Assembly (NCBI GenBank): GCA_963667015.2
Contig: CAXXJJ010000004.1
Coordinates: 512,001-576,000 of the forward strand
DNA length: 64,000 bases
From: Desulfatiglandales bacterium
GTDB lineage: Bacteria > Desulfobacterota > DSM-4660 > Desulfatiglandales > HGW-15
Direction: 5' to 3'
In this document: positions 50,006 to 60,210 of the stretch, one piece after another
How positions within the stretch are numbered: position 1 is the stretch's first letter
Layout of the letters: each line of letters opens with the position of its first letter
Made by a program: the position numbers and the translations under genes
The notes under the pieces: generated by a model
What the model was told of the DNA's origin: nothing
What the model saw: the letters and a program-made list of their open reading frames with translations, nothing else
Databases searched by the model: none

Positions 50006-51826
50006 CTACGGAGCGAGGACCGATCCAGCGGCCAGGAACCAGGTAACCAGACTTGCTGTCACCAGAGCCCCAAGGTAGATCCTTCCGGTCCGACGATAGA
50101 ACCAGGTATGGAAGAAGAAGAGGATGATGAATTCTGGAATGTACACCCAGAGCATCAAAGGCCACATCCCGCCGTATTGCCGTAATCCGATAATCTCAAA
50201 GCCAGGGCCCCCGGTTGAACCCAGGAACCATGGCAGGTACTGGATGAGCCATACCACGACCAGACCAGTGACCATGGCATACACGACCTTGAGCCACCAG
50301 ATAATCTGGGTCATAGCAGGGGATTCCCCTCCCTTCAGTCTGGCCTGGCCAAACAGGAAAATGCCGCCGTTGATCAGGAAGAAAAGCAGAGCCGGAATCA
50401 TGTAGATGAGGAACAATCCTGCCCGGTTCAGGGTCGCGAACTGCCGCATGTAAGGCCAGGCAAAACGGAATTCCACCCCAAAGAAGTGCTGGAAGAACCC
50501 TTCGAACAGGTACATCCACATGAACAGAATTACGGCCAGCAGGACAGTTTTGCCAATGATGCCCCAGTCGATGACGGTCTTCTTTTCATCAAAGGACACG
50601 CCCATATCGTACATGGTGATGCCCTGCTTCCTGGCACCCCGCCACCAGAACAGGAACAGCGCTCCGGCCACAACAGCATTCATAAGGAAGAAGGCGGCCA
50701 CGCCATTACCCATTTGAAGTTTCATAAATGGGAACCATTTTCCAATCACGCCATTCGACCCTCCCCATTGGGTTGTAAGAGGATACAGGATTCCGCCAAT
50801 GATCATGTTGATTGTTGCCAGCTTCCACCATGTGCCATTGCTGGGAAGATGCTTCTGCGGAACAGCCTGGGCAACAGGCTTGAAGTAACCTGTAGCGAGG
50901 AGGATATTGGTGAGGGGGATCAATGAAACGAGAGTTCCCAAAAGGGCGATAAACCCGAAGATTTCCTTGACCATGTAAATTTGGCTGGTCGGCTCGATCC
51001 ATTGCGGGCCACCGTCACCACCCTTGAGGGCCAGGCGCATCCAGTCCACAGCTTCTGCCACGGCCTTGCCGCTCAATGTAGTGAGGTGATGGTTGATGTT
51101 GATCAAAGGCATTCGACGTGCGGTTCCATCATCAAAACTACCGTAGGTAGTATCCCATTCAATAGTCCCCAAATCCTCCAAACCCATATTGGTTAAACGA
51201 GTTTCATTGCTGGTCAGACTCTCGGTACGCGCTGCGCCTTCACGAAAGAACTCTTCGTAGCGTGCAGTGGTGATCAAAACGTTGCGAAGGTCTTTGCTGC
51301 CGGACACAGAGGCATGCGGGTTAACCGCATCCACGATATCCGGGAAAAGGGCCGCCAGGTTAACGGCATTCAAACCGCCCAATGAGTGACCCATAACGCC
51401 AATGTGTTCTGCATCAACGAACGGGAGGGTGATCACGTATTTTAACGCATCTGCATTGCCCATTACGTAAGTGGGATTTGCGCCAAAATTGATGCCCCCT
51501 TCCGAATCTCCATGCCCGGCTGCATCCGGAGCCAAAACGATAAAGCCGCGACGGGCAAGTTCAATCGAGAACGAATCCTGAACGCCTTTGTCGTTCTGAT
51601 AACCATGCATATTCACCACGGCCGGCAATGGATTATCGGCTGAAGCTGTGACCGGGCGGAACAATTTGGCCACGATCACATCACCGTTAGCGCTTTCAAG
51701 CCGAACGATTGAGACATCCACATTCCCCCAGTCGCGCTCGATAGCAAAAGCCATCAGTATTGAGATTGTGATAATGGCAGCCAGTCCCAGGAAACAATAC
51801 CATTGCCTTCTAAGGTCTACTTTCAT
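50006..51826 (-). CDS. Membrane-bound alpha/beta hydrolase with multi-TM C-terminus
   Basis: HGYQN, GHGDS, GHSLGG, NHH; several C-terminal TM helices; higher GC than its neighbours. Confidence 0.85.
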   Translation of the reverse strand: MKVDLRRQWYCFLGLAAIITISILMAFAIERDWGNVDVSIVRLESANGDVIVAKLFRPVTASADNPLPAVVNMHGYQNDKGVQDSFSIELARRGFIVLAPDAAGHGDSEGGINFGANPTYVMGNADALKYVITLPFVDAEHIGVMGHSLGGLNAVNLAALFPDIVDAVNPHASVSGSKDLRNVLITTARYEEFFREGAARTESLTSNETRLTNMGLEDLGTIEWDTTYGSFDDGTARRMPLININHHLTTLSGKAVAEAVDWMRLALKGGDGGPQWIEPTSQIYMVKEIFGFIALLGTLVSLIPLTNILLATGYFKPVAQAVPQKHLPSNGTWWKLATINMIIGGILYPLTTQWGGSNGVIGKWFPFMKLQMGNGVAAFFLMNAVVAGALFLFWWRGARKQGITMYDMGVSFDEKKTVIDWGIIGKTVLLAVILFMWMYLFEGFFQHFFGVEFRFAWPYMRQFATLNRAGLFLIYMIPALLFFLINGGIFLFGQARLKGGESPAMTQIIWWLKVVYAMVTGLVVVWLIQYLPWFLGSTGGPGFEIIGLRQYGGMWPLMLWVYIPEFIILFFFHTWFYRRTGRIYLGALVTASLVTWFLAAGSVLAP

Positions 51827-52164
51827 GTTGATTTCCTTTTCTGTTTTTACTCTTTCATAAAGGGGTCATCCATTAAAGGGTAAAATCTCCGTTTAGCTCT
51901 GACCACTATTAGCAAGAAAACATATTTAAAAACAACTGGATTCCACGGTCGCAGCCGTGGAATGACGACAAAAAAACTTTGCCTGGAAAAACATAAGACA
52001 ATGCGCCTTGGCGCTATTTTGCAGAATTTAATTAAACCTGAAACGATTTAATGGTTAAGCCCGGTGAAATCCGCTTTGCTGTCATTATTATGAATTTCAC
52101 TGGCTAAAGATTTAAGACTTTTTTGTAATAAATTCAACATTTATTACTGGCCTGATAGACTGAA

Positions 52165-52541
52165 GGCTGTTAGTGAAAACAGCCGGCTTCAATGTTTTAC
52201 GCCGTGCCATGGAAAAACAGAGATCAGAAATCTGAGGGCAGTAGTCAGTGCCGCTTGCCGAAAAGCCGGCAAGATTGATCAAGTAGGAAACTGTTAAAAG
52301 CAAATAATTGGACACGGATTAACACGGATTTTTAGGATTTTTTAAAAAACAAAAGATCAGTGTTCATCTGTGTAGATCTGTGTCCCTTAATTCTAAATGA
52401 AGTTTCATACGAGGTACCACTGCATTACACTACTATTTGGCGGAAGGATTTTTTGGGATAACGTACTATTATGATTTATTTATTTTGATTTTATTTTTCT
52501 ATTTGGCCATTTCGGCAGCATTGCCGGATCAGCCAAATAGG
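52165..52541. repeat. About 375-bp direct repeat, copy 2
   Basis: Aligns with 46243-46616. Confidence 0.9.
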
Positions 52542-52632
52542 GAACAATATGCACAATATCTATTTCTCTTAATAAAATGAATATCACGCCTAAGCGAATA
52601 ACTGCCCAACGTTTCTGTATTATCCATTCAGT

Positions 52633-52938
52633 TTATAAAATATCTCCTTTGAACTTCCCATCACTGTCACCATCTTCAGCATCAACAGCCCTGACCATCC
52701 CCTGGAGTTCATCAGGAGAGATCAATCCTTTTGCTGTCATCAGTCGAATTACCGATGCAAGATACAGTTTCAGTTCAGCGGTTTCGGTAATAAGCATATC
52801 GATCTGCCGGTCCTGTGACATGTCCTTGCTAAAAGATCCTGCAATTTCCCTTTTCAGCCTGGCTATGTCGCGCTCGGTATCTTCTATATCGAGCCTGTTT
52901 CCTATATCACCCAGCAGTAATGTTCTTCCCCATCCCAT
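52633..52938 (-). CDS. Hypothetical protein
   Basis: AAGGAG RBS; MGWGRTLLLGDIGNRLDI..DAEDGDSDG. Confidence 0.7.
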   Translation of the reverse strand: MGWGRTLLLGDIGNRLDIEDTERDIARLKREIAGSFSKDMSQDRQIDMLITETAELKLYLASVIRLMTAKGLISPDELQGMVRAVDAEDGDSDGKFKGDIL

Positions 52939-52999
52939 ATTAAACTCCTTTCAAGAGATGTTATTGTTAACGAAATTTCAGGTTGGAATAAAAACAGCG

Positions 53000-53048
53000 G
53001 TGTCAGGTCATTACTCTTTACAGACTGTGAAATGTGAAGACCTGACAC
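53000..53048. repeat. 49-bp GTGTCAGGTC..GACCTGACAC hairpin
   Basis: 17 bp past the GH43 stop codon at 53066. Confidence 0.88.
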
Positions 53049-53065
53049 ATATGTGGTTCCTGCTA

Positions 53066-54223
53066 TTATGGATGATATCTCGCTCCAAGTATCACCTTAT
53101 CGCCGGAGTCATCAATTTCATAAAGCTGTGGTTTACGTGGACCTCTTTCTTCAGCATGATGGATAATAAAAAGCCTTTTCCCTTCAAAAGTAGTAAAAAA
53201 CATACCATGCCCGGAGTTATCACCTTTGAAAGCCTCTTCTTCCTGTACCCAGGGACCTTTAACACTGCCGGAAGTGGAATAAGCGATACCCTGTGCATAG
53301 CGGTGTTCACCCCAGCTTGACCAAAGCATACCGAGCCTGCCGGTTTTTGTTCTGAACAGTTGCGGTCCGTCGGTAACCCAGCCCGGCATTTTCATACCAA
53401 AAGTGGCTTCACCTATACTATTCATCTCCTTTGACCAGGCGGCTTCACTGGCACGAAAAATTGTAGTTGGATAGGCTGTACGGTGCGTCAGGTCCTTTGA
53501 CAGAGGCATATAATCCATAGTCCCGTCAATTAACTGGGTCCATTCATGTACAAAAATCATATATACCGTGCCGTTTTCCTCATAAAGCGTACCATCGATG
53601 ATATCCCAATCTCTTGGTCCGAGACAAAAATCATATTCTTTGACCAGAGGTGTATAAGGTCCTTCGGGTGAATCGGCTACCAGAAGCTGGGTCTGGTTAA
53701 GTGGTACATTATAACGGCGTGGAACAGCTTCGATCAATGTTGTGTCATCGCTCCAGGTCCCGGCCAGGTAATATTTATCTCCGAATTTGTGGATTTCAGC
53801 AGCAGCAACCCAGAGACCATCCATCCAGGTGCCGGTGAGGTCGATAATCCTGTAAGGTCCGGTCCACATTTTAAGGTCTTTACTTTTATATAATTGCCCC
53901 CCCGTGCCGGTCAGATAATATGTCCTGGTTTTTTCATCAGGAAAAATAAAGGGATCACTCATGGACATCTCATCCAGGGAAATGGTCTTTATCTCCGGTT
54001 CGGGACGCGCCGGCATCGGACTTCGTTTGGCTTTTGCGGTACCTACATTTCGCATGGGCCCGAAAGTATTCTGTCCGGGATTGGCAAGAGGCGCCTGTTC
54101 CCCCGGGACAAGTTCTTTTTTTTCATTTTTCTGATCGATTTCTTTTTCCTTAGCTGTTGAAATCTGGATTAAACTAAATACAAACAGCAGCGCGATAAGA
54201 CAGGACAGTTTCTTCATGTGCAT
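53066..54223 (-). CDS. GH43 glycoside hydrolase
   Basis: SDPFI, AAEIH, IDGTLY, VTDGP, GHGMFF; signal peptide. Confidence 0.85.
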   Translation of the reverse strand: MHMKKLSCLIALLFVFSLIQISTAKEKEIDQKNEKKELVPGEQAPLANPGQNTFGPMRNVGTAKAKRSPMPARPEPEIKTISLDEMSMSDPFIFPDEKTRTYYLTGTGGQLYKSKDLKMWTGPYRIIDLTGTWMDGLWVAAAEIHKFGDKYYLAGTWSDDTTLIEAVPRRYNVPLNQTQLLVADSPEGPYTPLVKEYDFCLGPRDWDIIDGTLYEENGTVYMIFVHEWTQLIDGTMDYMPLSKDLTHRTAYPTTIFRASEAAWSKEMNSIGEATFGMKMPGWVTDGPQLFRTKTGRLGMLWSSWGEHRYAQGIAYSTSGSVKGPWVQEEEAFKGDNSGHGMFFTTFEGKRLFIIHHAEERGPRKPQLYEIDDSGDKVILGARYHP

Positions 54224-54498
54224 ACTCCCTTTAACAATAATTTATTTTGTACTTTTTAAATTCCATTAATCCAAATGACTATAGTACAAGAATTAATGAC
54301 CTATGCCTAAAACTAACTAGTGTCCATCCATAAACGGCCCTTTTTGAATGGACGCGGTCAGCTTTCAGCTTTCAGCAAAATGCCTTTAAAACGGGGGGTC
54401 AGCTGATCGCTGAATGCTGACAGCTCCATCCGGATTTTTGTTCTTTCTGGATGGGCACTAACTGACAGTCAAACGGAAACCTGATGGCCCGTTTGTTA

Positions 54499-55350
54499 TT
54501 ATTTCGGTTGAGACCGGAGCATATTCGGCGGCATTACCGGACGACTGCAATTCGGCTCAGAGCAGACCGTCAGGGTATGAACAAATCGGATCTTCCCGTC
54601 TTCAATACGAAAAAGATGAGAGTCCGGGTGTCCGTCTTCACCGTCAAAAAGCAAAAATACTACTACCGAACCGATATCCTCATCCACTACATAGTGACGG
54701 TTTACAAGCAAGATATTGCCCTGTCCGGAAATCCCAACTTCACAGGTATCATCCGGAAGTCCCTTTCCCGTATATATCCCCCCCTCGAGACGTGCGCAGG
54801 GCCTGCCCCACGGCACCTTGATTGAAGGATCATTGAACATATCGAGGTAAGCATCAGCAGCGGCAACCAGGGCTTCCCGGTCGCTGCGCTTATACACAGG
54901 AATAACATCCCAATTCTCAGTACTGGACCATTTCAGGTAGTTATCCGCATTGAAAAGCCAATCTCCTTTGTCGGTAACAAGCGAAATGATCTCCCGGATC
55001 TTTCCACCGCTGATTTTCAGACGTGTACCGATAACGCAGGGGTGGGTTTTGTCGGTAACGATAACCTCTGTGAATGTTTCACCTGCAGCCACATCGAGCA
55101 GACTCCTGTGAAAATCTATATTCAGGGGTGTTTTCCATATCCCTTCACCCAATGGGGTATTTTCTGCGTTTTCAATATATTTTACCCCCGGGGCCAGAGC
55201 CATCCTGGATATTTCGCCGCTTCTTGCCGCTGCCAGATAACTGTCGACCGCGGCCTGAAGATCGGCTCGTGTATTTTCCCCAGCTGCTGTCTCATTCACG
55301 TATGTAAATATACTTATGCAAAAGAATAAAATAATTGTCGTTCGGATCAT
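54499..55350 (-). CDS. Secreted hypothetical protein (tandem SnoaL/NTF2-like halves)
   Basis: Signal peptide; KYIEN..GEGIW, RLKI..GKIREI, CARLEGG, HLFRIEDGKI; distant paralog of 55374. Confidence 0.65.
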   Translation of the reverse strand: MIRTTIILFFCISIFTYVNETAAGENTRADLQAAVDSYLAAARSGEISRMALAPGVKYIENAENTPLGEGIWKTPLNIDFHRSLLDVAAGETFTEVIVTDKTHPCVIGTRLKISGGKIREIISLVTDKGDWLFNADNYLKWSSTENWDVIPVYKRSDREALVAAADAYLDMFNDPSIKVPWGRPCARLEGGIYTGKGLPDDTCEVGISGQGNILLVNRHYVVDEDIGSVVVFLLFDGEDGHPDSHLFRIEDGKIRFVHTLTVCSEPNCSRPVMPPNMLRSQPK

Positions 55351-55373
55351 ATATTCCCCTTATTCAGACTGAA

Positions 55374-56297
55374 CTACTGTTTTGGTTTGGGAAAGACCTT
55401 TTCTTCAGCTTCCCAGTTGGATTTAACGCCATAGGGTAACATCGCCCCCGGGGCCTCTATTTCATAGAGTTTACCATTCCTGATTTTGTAAATATGAAGC
55501 GCTGCCATGTTAAACTGGCCCCACTGGGTTTTGTTATCAGTTCCAGGTTCCGCATCGGCAGGCAGACGTTTGGTCCCGTCATGACGAAACATTGAAAAAC
55601 CGGCTGATATACCTTTTTGAACGTCTGCCACCACCATGTGCGGTCTGATTTCAGTGATATACGCAAATACACCTGCGCTGAGCTGTCCTTCACAATCCCT
55701 CGGCGTATTGCCGAATCCTCCAACCGGCATGGCGCCCCCGGCACCTTCCCGGGGTTTTGGCGGCGTGCCTCCTGCCGTTATCATACCGTTCTCGCTACGT
55801 TCACATTCCTTTGCAAAGGGTGCACGTGTTCCATCTTCCGAGGTGAGTGCATCATAGTAAGAGAGCCCTATTTTAAGTAAATCCTCCCTGCTCATCTGTT
55901 CCGCTTCAATGATCTTTCCCTCTTCAAGCTTGATACGTGCTCCAAGCAGGATATCTTTATCTTTTTCTTTCATGCCCACAATGCATACTGCTGACTGAAG
56001 CACAGGATCGGCAGCATAAATCTGAAACTCAGTAGGTCCTCCTGTTGCGTTTTCCCAGAGACCTTTTCCTACTTCAAGTAATTCAATAGCCTTATCAGAG
56101 TTTTCAGTAAACTTGACATTTTCGGCAAAGGGCAGATCCCCGGGATTATGATTTACCAGACCGGTGATATATTTTTGCATGAGATCGACCAGGCCTTGCC
56201 GGTCGAACTTTGGCGCAGATGCAGTACAGGCAGCCGTTCCCAACATGGCAAGTGAAACAACTAACAAAAAGGCAATTATCATTCTTTGTAATTTCAT
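55374..56297 (-). CDS. Secreted/lipoprotein hypothetical protein, paralog of 54499
   Basis: TAAC lipobox-like; KFTEN..GKGLW, CERSENG, HIYKIRNGKL. Confidence 0.65.
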   Translation of the reverse strand: MKLQRMIIAFLLVVSLAMLGTAACTASAPKFDRQGLVDLMQKYITGLVNHNPGDLPFAENVKFTENSDKAIELLEVGKGLWENATGGPTEFQIYAADPVLQSAVCIVGMKEKDKDILLGARIKLEEGKIIEAEQMSREDLLKIGLSYYDALTSEDGTRAPFAKECERSENGMITAGGTPPKPREGAGGAMPVGGFGNTPRDCEGQLSAGVFAYITEIRPHMVVADVQKGISAGFSMFRHDGTKRLPADAEPGTDNKTQWGQFNMAALHIYKIRNGKLYEIEAPGAMLPYGVKSNWEAEEKVFPKPKQ

Positions 56298-56443
56298 ACC
56301 ATCCCCCTTCTCTGAAAATCCATAGATTAGATTTATAAAAACATTTTTTTTGATGAGTCGTAAATTGTAGATCGAAAAGATATATTATATTTAATAAATA
56401 TTTTCAACGTACTTACCAGCCTGGACCGGGTCTTTTGTTATCT

Positions 56444-57280
56444 TTATATTTTCTCTAAATGCATACCGGCAGCTGCTATTGCAATCAGTTCTTTAATATT
56501 TCCTAATTGCGCAACTTTTTTTCCATGGTGCATATAATTTTCACCGACAAGAGTTCCTATAGGATATCCGCCCTTATCCTCCTTTGGCGGTGGAGGCATG
56601 TTCTTGAAAAACTCCTTTGAATCGGGCATTTCATCCATCAGGTTCTTTGCCCTTCCAATGGGCTGAAGGGGGAAATCGCCGAAGGTTATTCCCCAGGACC
56701 CATAGTATTCCTTCATCCCGGCCGGAAGAAATGAATCAGGGTCTTTTGATATTATTGTGACCACATGGACACGGTGTATTCCTTTTTTATCAGGAGGCAT
56801 TTTATCAATTACTTTCACAACATTGTCCAGGCTTTCTGCCCTCCCTTTTTTTCTGTCATAATTATCATGAAATTTATCCATACTTATGAATGTCATAAGC
56901 GGAGTCTCTGATTCATCAGCATACCGGTTGAGAAAATCATTACACCTGGCGTAATCAACAAAATAACTTCCGTTTGTATTATAGGTCGGGTTGATGTTCC
57001 CCCTGGCAACTGCCAGCAGAACATCAATAAATTTAAGCTCCCCTTCTTCCCACAGGGTTGGTTCACCGCCATTAATTACAAAGGAGAATCTCTCATTCTC
57101 AACGCTGCTGCAGTCATCGATCAGTCTCTGTATCTGGTCCCAGGTCATACGATAGCCGGGTTTAATATCATGGTCCTCGTCATCATTGACATATAAGTAC
57201 CCGCAATGAGGACAATTGAAGTTGCATTTATGCAGAAGGGTCATTCCCAGTGTTTTGGTGGGTGGAATCATGTTAACCAT
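56444..57280 (-). CDS. Radical SAM protein (paralog of 15820)
   Basis: CNFNCPHC, GGEPTLW, YNTNGSYF, ISMDKFH; GGAGG RBS before 57280. Confidence 0.88.
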   Translation of the reverse strand: MVNMIPPTKTLGMTLLHKCNFNCPHCGYLYVNDDEDHDIKPGYRMTWDQIQRLIDDCSSVENERFSFVINGGEPTLWEEGELKFIDVLLAVARGNINPTYNTNGSYFVDYARCNDFLNRYADESETPLMTFISMDKFHDNYDRKKGRAESLDNVVKVIDKMPPDKKGIHRVHVVTIISKDPDSFLPAGMKEYYGSWGITFGDFPLQPIGRAKNLMDEMPDSKEFFKNMPPPPKEDKGGYPIGTLVGENYMHHGKKVAQLGNIKELIAIAAAGMHLEKI

Positions 57281-58583
57281 AAGATCCTCCTGCTTTGTCA
57301 GATTGTGCCTTAAGTGAAGGGTGGACCGGAGGATGTCTGGCAAAGATCAGAAAGACGAGACCAAGTATCAGCATCCCGATGGATAGTTGAAATGCCTGCG
57401 TATAACTTCCTGTTGCATCATGGATATACCCGGCTACAGGGGTAAGGAATGCCCCTATAAAGGTAGAAAAGGGCATTGTAAATCCCATCATTTTGGGAAA
57501 CTCTGTTCTTCCGAAGTAATCAGGAATCAGATTGCCCATGGCCAGGGCCTGTATACCGAATCCTATCCCCAGGACAATATTGTAAGAAATCGCAATGACC
57601 AGGGATTGGGGAAACAGCATGATTGAAAAACCTATGATTGTGACGATGATCGATACCATAGCAAGGGAATGCATTCTGAACTTGAGTGCCAGAAAACCCA
57701 CTGTTAACTGGCTGATACCCATTACAGGTCCCATAATACCGGCTGCCAGTGCAGCCTGAACACTGGGGATGCCTATATCTAAAAGGAATGCAAAATTATG
57801 GGTTATTATCAACTGCATTACAGAAAATTGAACTATAGCAAAGCCCACAAGAAGCCACATGGCTGGGGTTCGCAGAGCTTCCCTGGCGGTGAAATCCACT
57901 GGTGTTTTATACATTTTTGGTAGAGGTGAATTGTCTTCCTTCGTTTTTTGAGATGTTTTGGAAGAAGGCCCGTCCGGGACCTGGCCCAGATCTTCAGGCC
58001 TGTTTACAAGGAACAGAGCGGGTAAAATCACACATAACAGCAGGACCATCCCTGCAGTTATCAGGTAGGTGTCTCTCCACCCTATTATTTCGATGAGCTT
58101 TACTAATGATGGTTTGAGGACAATCGCTCCCAGACCCATTGAGGACATCGAAACGGCCATTGCCATGGGTCTTTTCATGACAAACCAGTTATTGGTGACT
58201 GTCATCATGGCCAGCATACCGCCTATACTGACACCTAAGCCGAGAACGACTCCATGGCTTATAAAGAGGTGCCAGAGTTGCTGCTGGTAGGAGAGCAGCA
58301 CAAGTGCCACTGCAGAAATGAGGTTGCCGATTACAATGGCTGTTCTGGGGCCTTTTTTCATGATGTATATGCCCACAATGGGGGCAGTCAGACCTGACAG
58401 GATCAGGCTGATGCTCTGGGCAAGAGACATATCTCCCCTGCTCCAGCCAAACTCCACGTCCCAGATAGGAATGCAGATCATAAACATAAACATCATCGGA
58501 TACAAAGCGATATTGAAAAAAAACATAACAGCCAGGTTGACCCATCCATAGAAACCATCAGAACTCTTAAATTTTGAGAGCAT
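57273..58583 (-). CDS. MFS transporter (OFA/MCT-like)
   Basis: FYGWV, FGWSRG, NWFVMKR, IGWRDTY, DYFGR; about 12 TM. Confidence 0.9.
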   Translation of the reverse strand: MLSKFKSSDGFYGWVNLAVMFFFNIALYPMMFMFMICIPIWDVEFGWSRGDMSLAQSISLILSGLTAPIVGIYIMKKGPRTAIVIGNLISAVALVLLSYQQQLWHLFISHGVVLGLGVSIGGMLAMMTVTNNWFVMKRPMAMAVSMSSMGLGAIVLKPSLVKLIEIIGWRDTYLITAGMVLLLCVILPALFLVNRPEDLGQVPDGPSSKTSQKTKEDNSPLPKMYKTPVDFTAREALRTPAMWLLVGFAIVQFSVMQLIITHNFAFLLDIGIPSVQAALAAGIMGPVMGISQLTVGFLALKFRMHSLAMVSIIVTIIGFSIMLFPQSLVIAISYNIVLGIGFGIQALAMGNLIPDYFGRTEFPKMMGFTMPFSTFIGAFLTPVAGYIHDATGSYTQAFQLSIGMLILGLVFLIFARHPPVHPSLKAQSDKAGGSYG

Positions 58584-58621
58584 CCGCAAACCTCCTATGA
58601 TAATTGACAATGCTTTTTTTA

Positions 58622-59099
58622 CTATGGTTTTGTTGCGACTATTTTATTTGAGGCATGTTTGTGTTTTTCTACTCCTGGATGTTCATCATCAAACACATAT
58701 TCCATTGTTTTGGTAATCTCCCATTCTTTATACACTGTTGAGACTTTATCATCCGTGTATGTATTTTCCCAAAATGGTTGTTCCATAAAATTCACTCTAA
58801 AAATAACAAGTTATTAACCGGTTTAGGACCGGTATAAAAAATTGTTACATATAAGAGGGATTTATAATCATCAGCATATACCTTTGATAGCGAAAACATG
58901 TGATCAACAAAGATCTTCAACTGGGCTGCATAGCTCCACCAGTAAAGCGGGGTGGCAAGAACAATCACATCATTCTCCGGGAGAAACGCAAAAAGGCGGC
59001 ACTAAAGGGGGACACATGACCGGCCAGCATTCGTCCAGCAATAAATGTCCCTCCCCAGAATATCATGGTCAGTATAAATTTGATGTATATCCCTGCCAC
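58622..59099 (-). pseudogene. Fused remnants: EamA/DMT N-terminus, flavodoxin-family fragment and internally deleted TehB-like methyltransferase
   Basis: WGGTFIAGR..PFSAAFLRF (59099-58982); DVIVLATPLYWWSYAAQLKIFVD (about 58975-58880); MEQPFWENTY..VFDDEHPGVEKHKHASNKIVATK* (58786-58622). Confidence 0.65.
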
Positions 59100-59126
59100 C
59101 TGTCATATGTCCTTTATCTTAAAAAA

Positions 59127-59936
59127 TCAGTTAGCCTTATAATATTTCATAGCCTCAGGGATTAGGGCTTGAATCTTGTTTATTCTCGTTTGATCCGAAG
59201 GATGGGTACTCATGAATTCTGGCGGAGACTGCCCCCCCTTCTTTGATGCCATCCGCTGCCAGAAACCGATCGCCTTGCCCGGATCATAACCGGCCATTGC
59301 CATGAAGATTAATCCGAGATGATCGGCCTCGTTTTCCTGAAGCCTGCTGTAGGGGAGAAGGAGTCCATATTGAGCACCTGCTCCAAAGGCGGTCATCCAT
59401 AACTGTTTTGTCTGTTCCGGCTTCTGTTCCAGCGCCATGGACAGGGCCATACCGCCCAGCTCTGTCAGCATCCCCTGACTCATTCGCTCATTTCCGTGCC
59501 CGGCAATGGCGTGGGCAATTTCATGCCCCATAACCACGGCCAATCCGGTTTCGTCCTGGGTAATGGGTAATATTCCGGTATATACCACAACCTTGCCTCC
59601 GGGCATACACCAGGCGTTCTCTTCTTCGCTGTCCACAAGATTAAATTCCCAGGCATAATTCCGGAGCGCAGAGGACATGTTCTTTTCTGTAAAATACTGC
59701 TCCACCGCCTTTTGAATTCTGGCTCCCACCCGCTTTACCATCTGCGTCTGCTGCTGGTTCCGGCTCAGTTTACTGGATTTTATGACTTCATCATACTGCT
59801 GGAGACTCATGGACAACATAGTGGCGCCGGGGATAATATTTAACTGTTTTCTCCCTGTCACCGGTACAGTTGCACAGTATTGTAAAATAACCGCTGCAAC
59901 AATGATAAAATACAGGCAATATTTTTTTTTGTTCAT
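59127..59936 (-). CDS. M48-family zinc metallopeptidase lipoprotein
   Basis: CATVPVTGRKQL, NAWCMPGG, HEIAH, ENEAD, STHPS. Confidence 0.92.
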   Translation of the reverse strand: MNKKKYCLYFIIVAAVILQYCATVPVTGRKQLNIIPGATMLSMSLQQYDEVIKSSKLSRNQQQTQMVKRVGARIQKAVEQYFTEKNMSSALRNYAWEFNLVDSEEENAWCMPGGKVVVYTGILPITQDETGLAVVMGHEIAHAIAGHGNERMSQGMLTELGGMALSMALEQKPEQTKQLWMTAFGAGAQYGLLLPYSRLQENEADHLGLIFMAMAGYDPGKAIGFWQRMASKKGGQSPPEFMSTHPSDQTRINKIQALIPEAMKYYKAN

Positions 59937-60210
59937 GACAAGATCTCCTTTATGACTCAATTATAATCTGTAACAGACTACAATAATGGCAAATCAAAAA
60001 CAAGGGATTCCATGCATCACAGCGTCTCTTCCTGATTATGGTGTCAGGGTAAATATTCAGGATTTGAAAAGCAAGGGGAAATTCCAGGTTATCAGGCTGC
60101 AGGCTATAGGCTGTCAGGGCAAACGATAAGACGAAACCGGAAGGCAATGTGAAAGCTATGAAACGTAAATTCAAGATTTGGAATCGTTAGAACGGTTTTG
60201 GTTTATGAAA

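Noticed and set aside
12950..53066. Classical integron or CALIN with attC sites
   Set aside because: No intI gene, and the hairpins lack the RYYYAAC...GTTRRRY arrangement; isolated GTTRRRY matches are expected by chance
52577..53320. 247-aa plus-strand ORF and other antisense ORFs (16753, 8997, 60980, 7, 15)
   Set aside because: Shadow frames opposite well-supported minus-strand genes
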